DNA of 63,342 nucleotides, filler included, from Olpidium bornovanus S191 (Eukaryota; Fungi; Olpidiomycota): NCBI GenBank assembly GCA_017911155.1. It is 24 parts of 24 records of this genome, joined end to end, with 100 filler letters (N's around TTAATTAATTAA, not from the genome) between each part and the next. Parts side by side here need not be neighbours in the genome. Positions count along the whole stretch, not along the records: positions 61,036 to 63,342 come from JAEFCI010004211.1; 23 more parts are not named here. One strand, 5' to 3'. Shown piece by piece: positions 62,528 to 63,342 of this stretch (position 1 is its first letter; each line of letters starts with the position of its first letter). The notes under the pieces were generated by a model. It saw only the letters and a program-made list of their open reading frames with translations, ran no database searches and was not told where the DNA came from. The position numbers and the translations under genes were made by a program.

Positions 62528-63342
62528 TTCGCAGGCGCGGGGTTTTTTTTTTTTTTTTTTTTTTTTTCGCTGCGCGCACAAAAAAACAAAACGTTATCTG
62601 GCGAAGACCCCCGCGCTTGAGGGGGAAGGTGGGGAGGGAAGGAACTGAGTGAAGCATATCCTGCTGTGAAAGATCTCGTCTACTTCCGACGCAAGTAGCT
62701 GTTGGAAGTAGGGGGGGATTTCGGAAGTAATGCCGGCGCGGCATTAGAGGAGGCCATATCGAATTCTCGTTTGCACTACGTTATTTTCTTCATCTGTATG
62801 AACACATTCCAGAACTGTATCAAAGCCAAAATGAAATTCTTTGCTGTCCCTAAATCGTCCGTCAAAATGGCGTTCCGAGATCGCGACCGGCGATCAAAAC
62901 GCCGCCTTTTCGCCGCCCGGTTGTAAAGGCGGAACGTGCCGAAAATCACACAAAGCTCCACCTCGTCGGGATTTTGCTGCGGGGTGGGACGGGAAGGTGA
63001 TCAGCCATTTCACGGCGGAGTCTCGTCGTCCCAGGCGGGATGCAATTTACGGTTCATTTGCGGGAAAACGACCGATCACGACAGTTATTACGCGAGCGGC
63101 GCCGGTTTACTTTCCGCCTTCGCTCGTAGCGCCGCGCTTTTTCGCCGGCCGCGGACGGCGACGGGGAAAGCCAGGCCCCGGAGGCCGGCCGCTGAAATAT
63201 CTCACAAAGGAGAGCCACGGCAGCGAGAGCCTGAAGCATGAAAGCCGCAAGGAGCGGTGTGGGGAGGGAGAGGGTTGCCAGCCGTGGCCAGGGGGGCACG
63301 GGGGGCGGGAGGGGGGGGGGGGGGGAGGGGGGGGGGGGGGGG

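Noticed and set aside
62936-63299. ORFs at the window end and in contigs 19422-21023 and 24501-25577
   Set aside because: No recognisable motifs or consistent exon chain; probably promoter, UTR or first-intron sequence.

Overview
This is eukaryotic DNA, not prokaryotic. It is a pseudomolecule of 24 short contigs (about 1.1-6.9 kb) joined by 23 artificial 100-nt linkers (N44-TTAATTAATTAA-N44). Genes are cut at the linkers and do not continue across them, so neighbours in different contigs are not physically linked. The DNA is GC-rich and intron-rich (GT-AG), with long homopolymer and microsatellite tracts. Fungal-type genes together with the flagellar radial-spoke gene IQUB point to a zoosporic (flagellated) early-diverging fungus. 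Olpidium would fit, but that is inference and is not confirmed. Recognisable genes, many partial: mitochondrial-type IleRS C-terminus, HUS1, a Nudix hydrolase with a signal peptide, a PAM2-CCCH-Smr protein, IQUB, a LARGE-like GT49, histone H4, carnitine acetyltransferase, PMT2-like, eIF3a, PUS1, PRP45/SNW1, a TBC Rab-GAP, EFR3, kinesin-5, an orphan HAS1 tail, Rpp25-like, PRP43, POP4, a secreted repeat protein and Lon/PIM1. Retroelement remnants: four Ty1/copia, one Ty3/gypsy gag, one LINE RT. No tRNA, rRNA or CRISPR array was seen. Best leads: (1) a chromodomain fused in frame upstream of a copia-type RT; (2) an intronless secreted NUDT6-like hydrolase with 25 extra residues inside the Nudix box; (3) a secreted mucin-stalk protein with two crystallin-like modules; (4) CpG-type decay in the copia pol; (5) CATG at 16 of 48 contig ends. 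All domain calls come from motif recognition by eye, not database searches.
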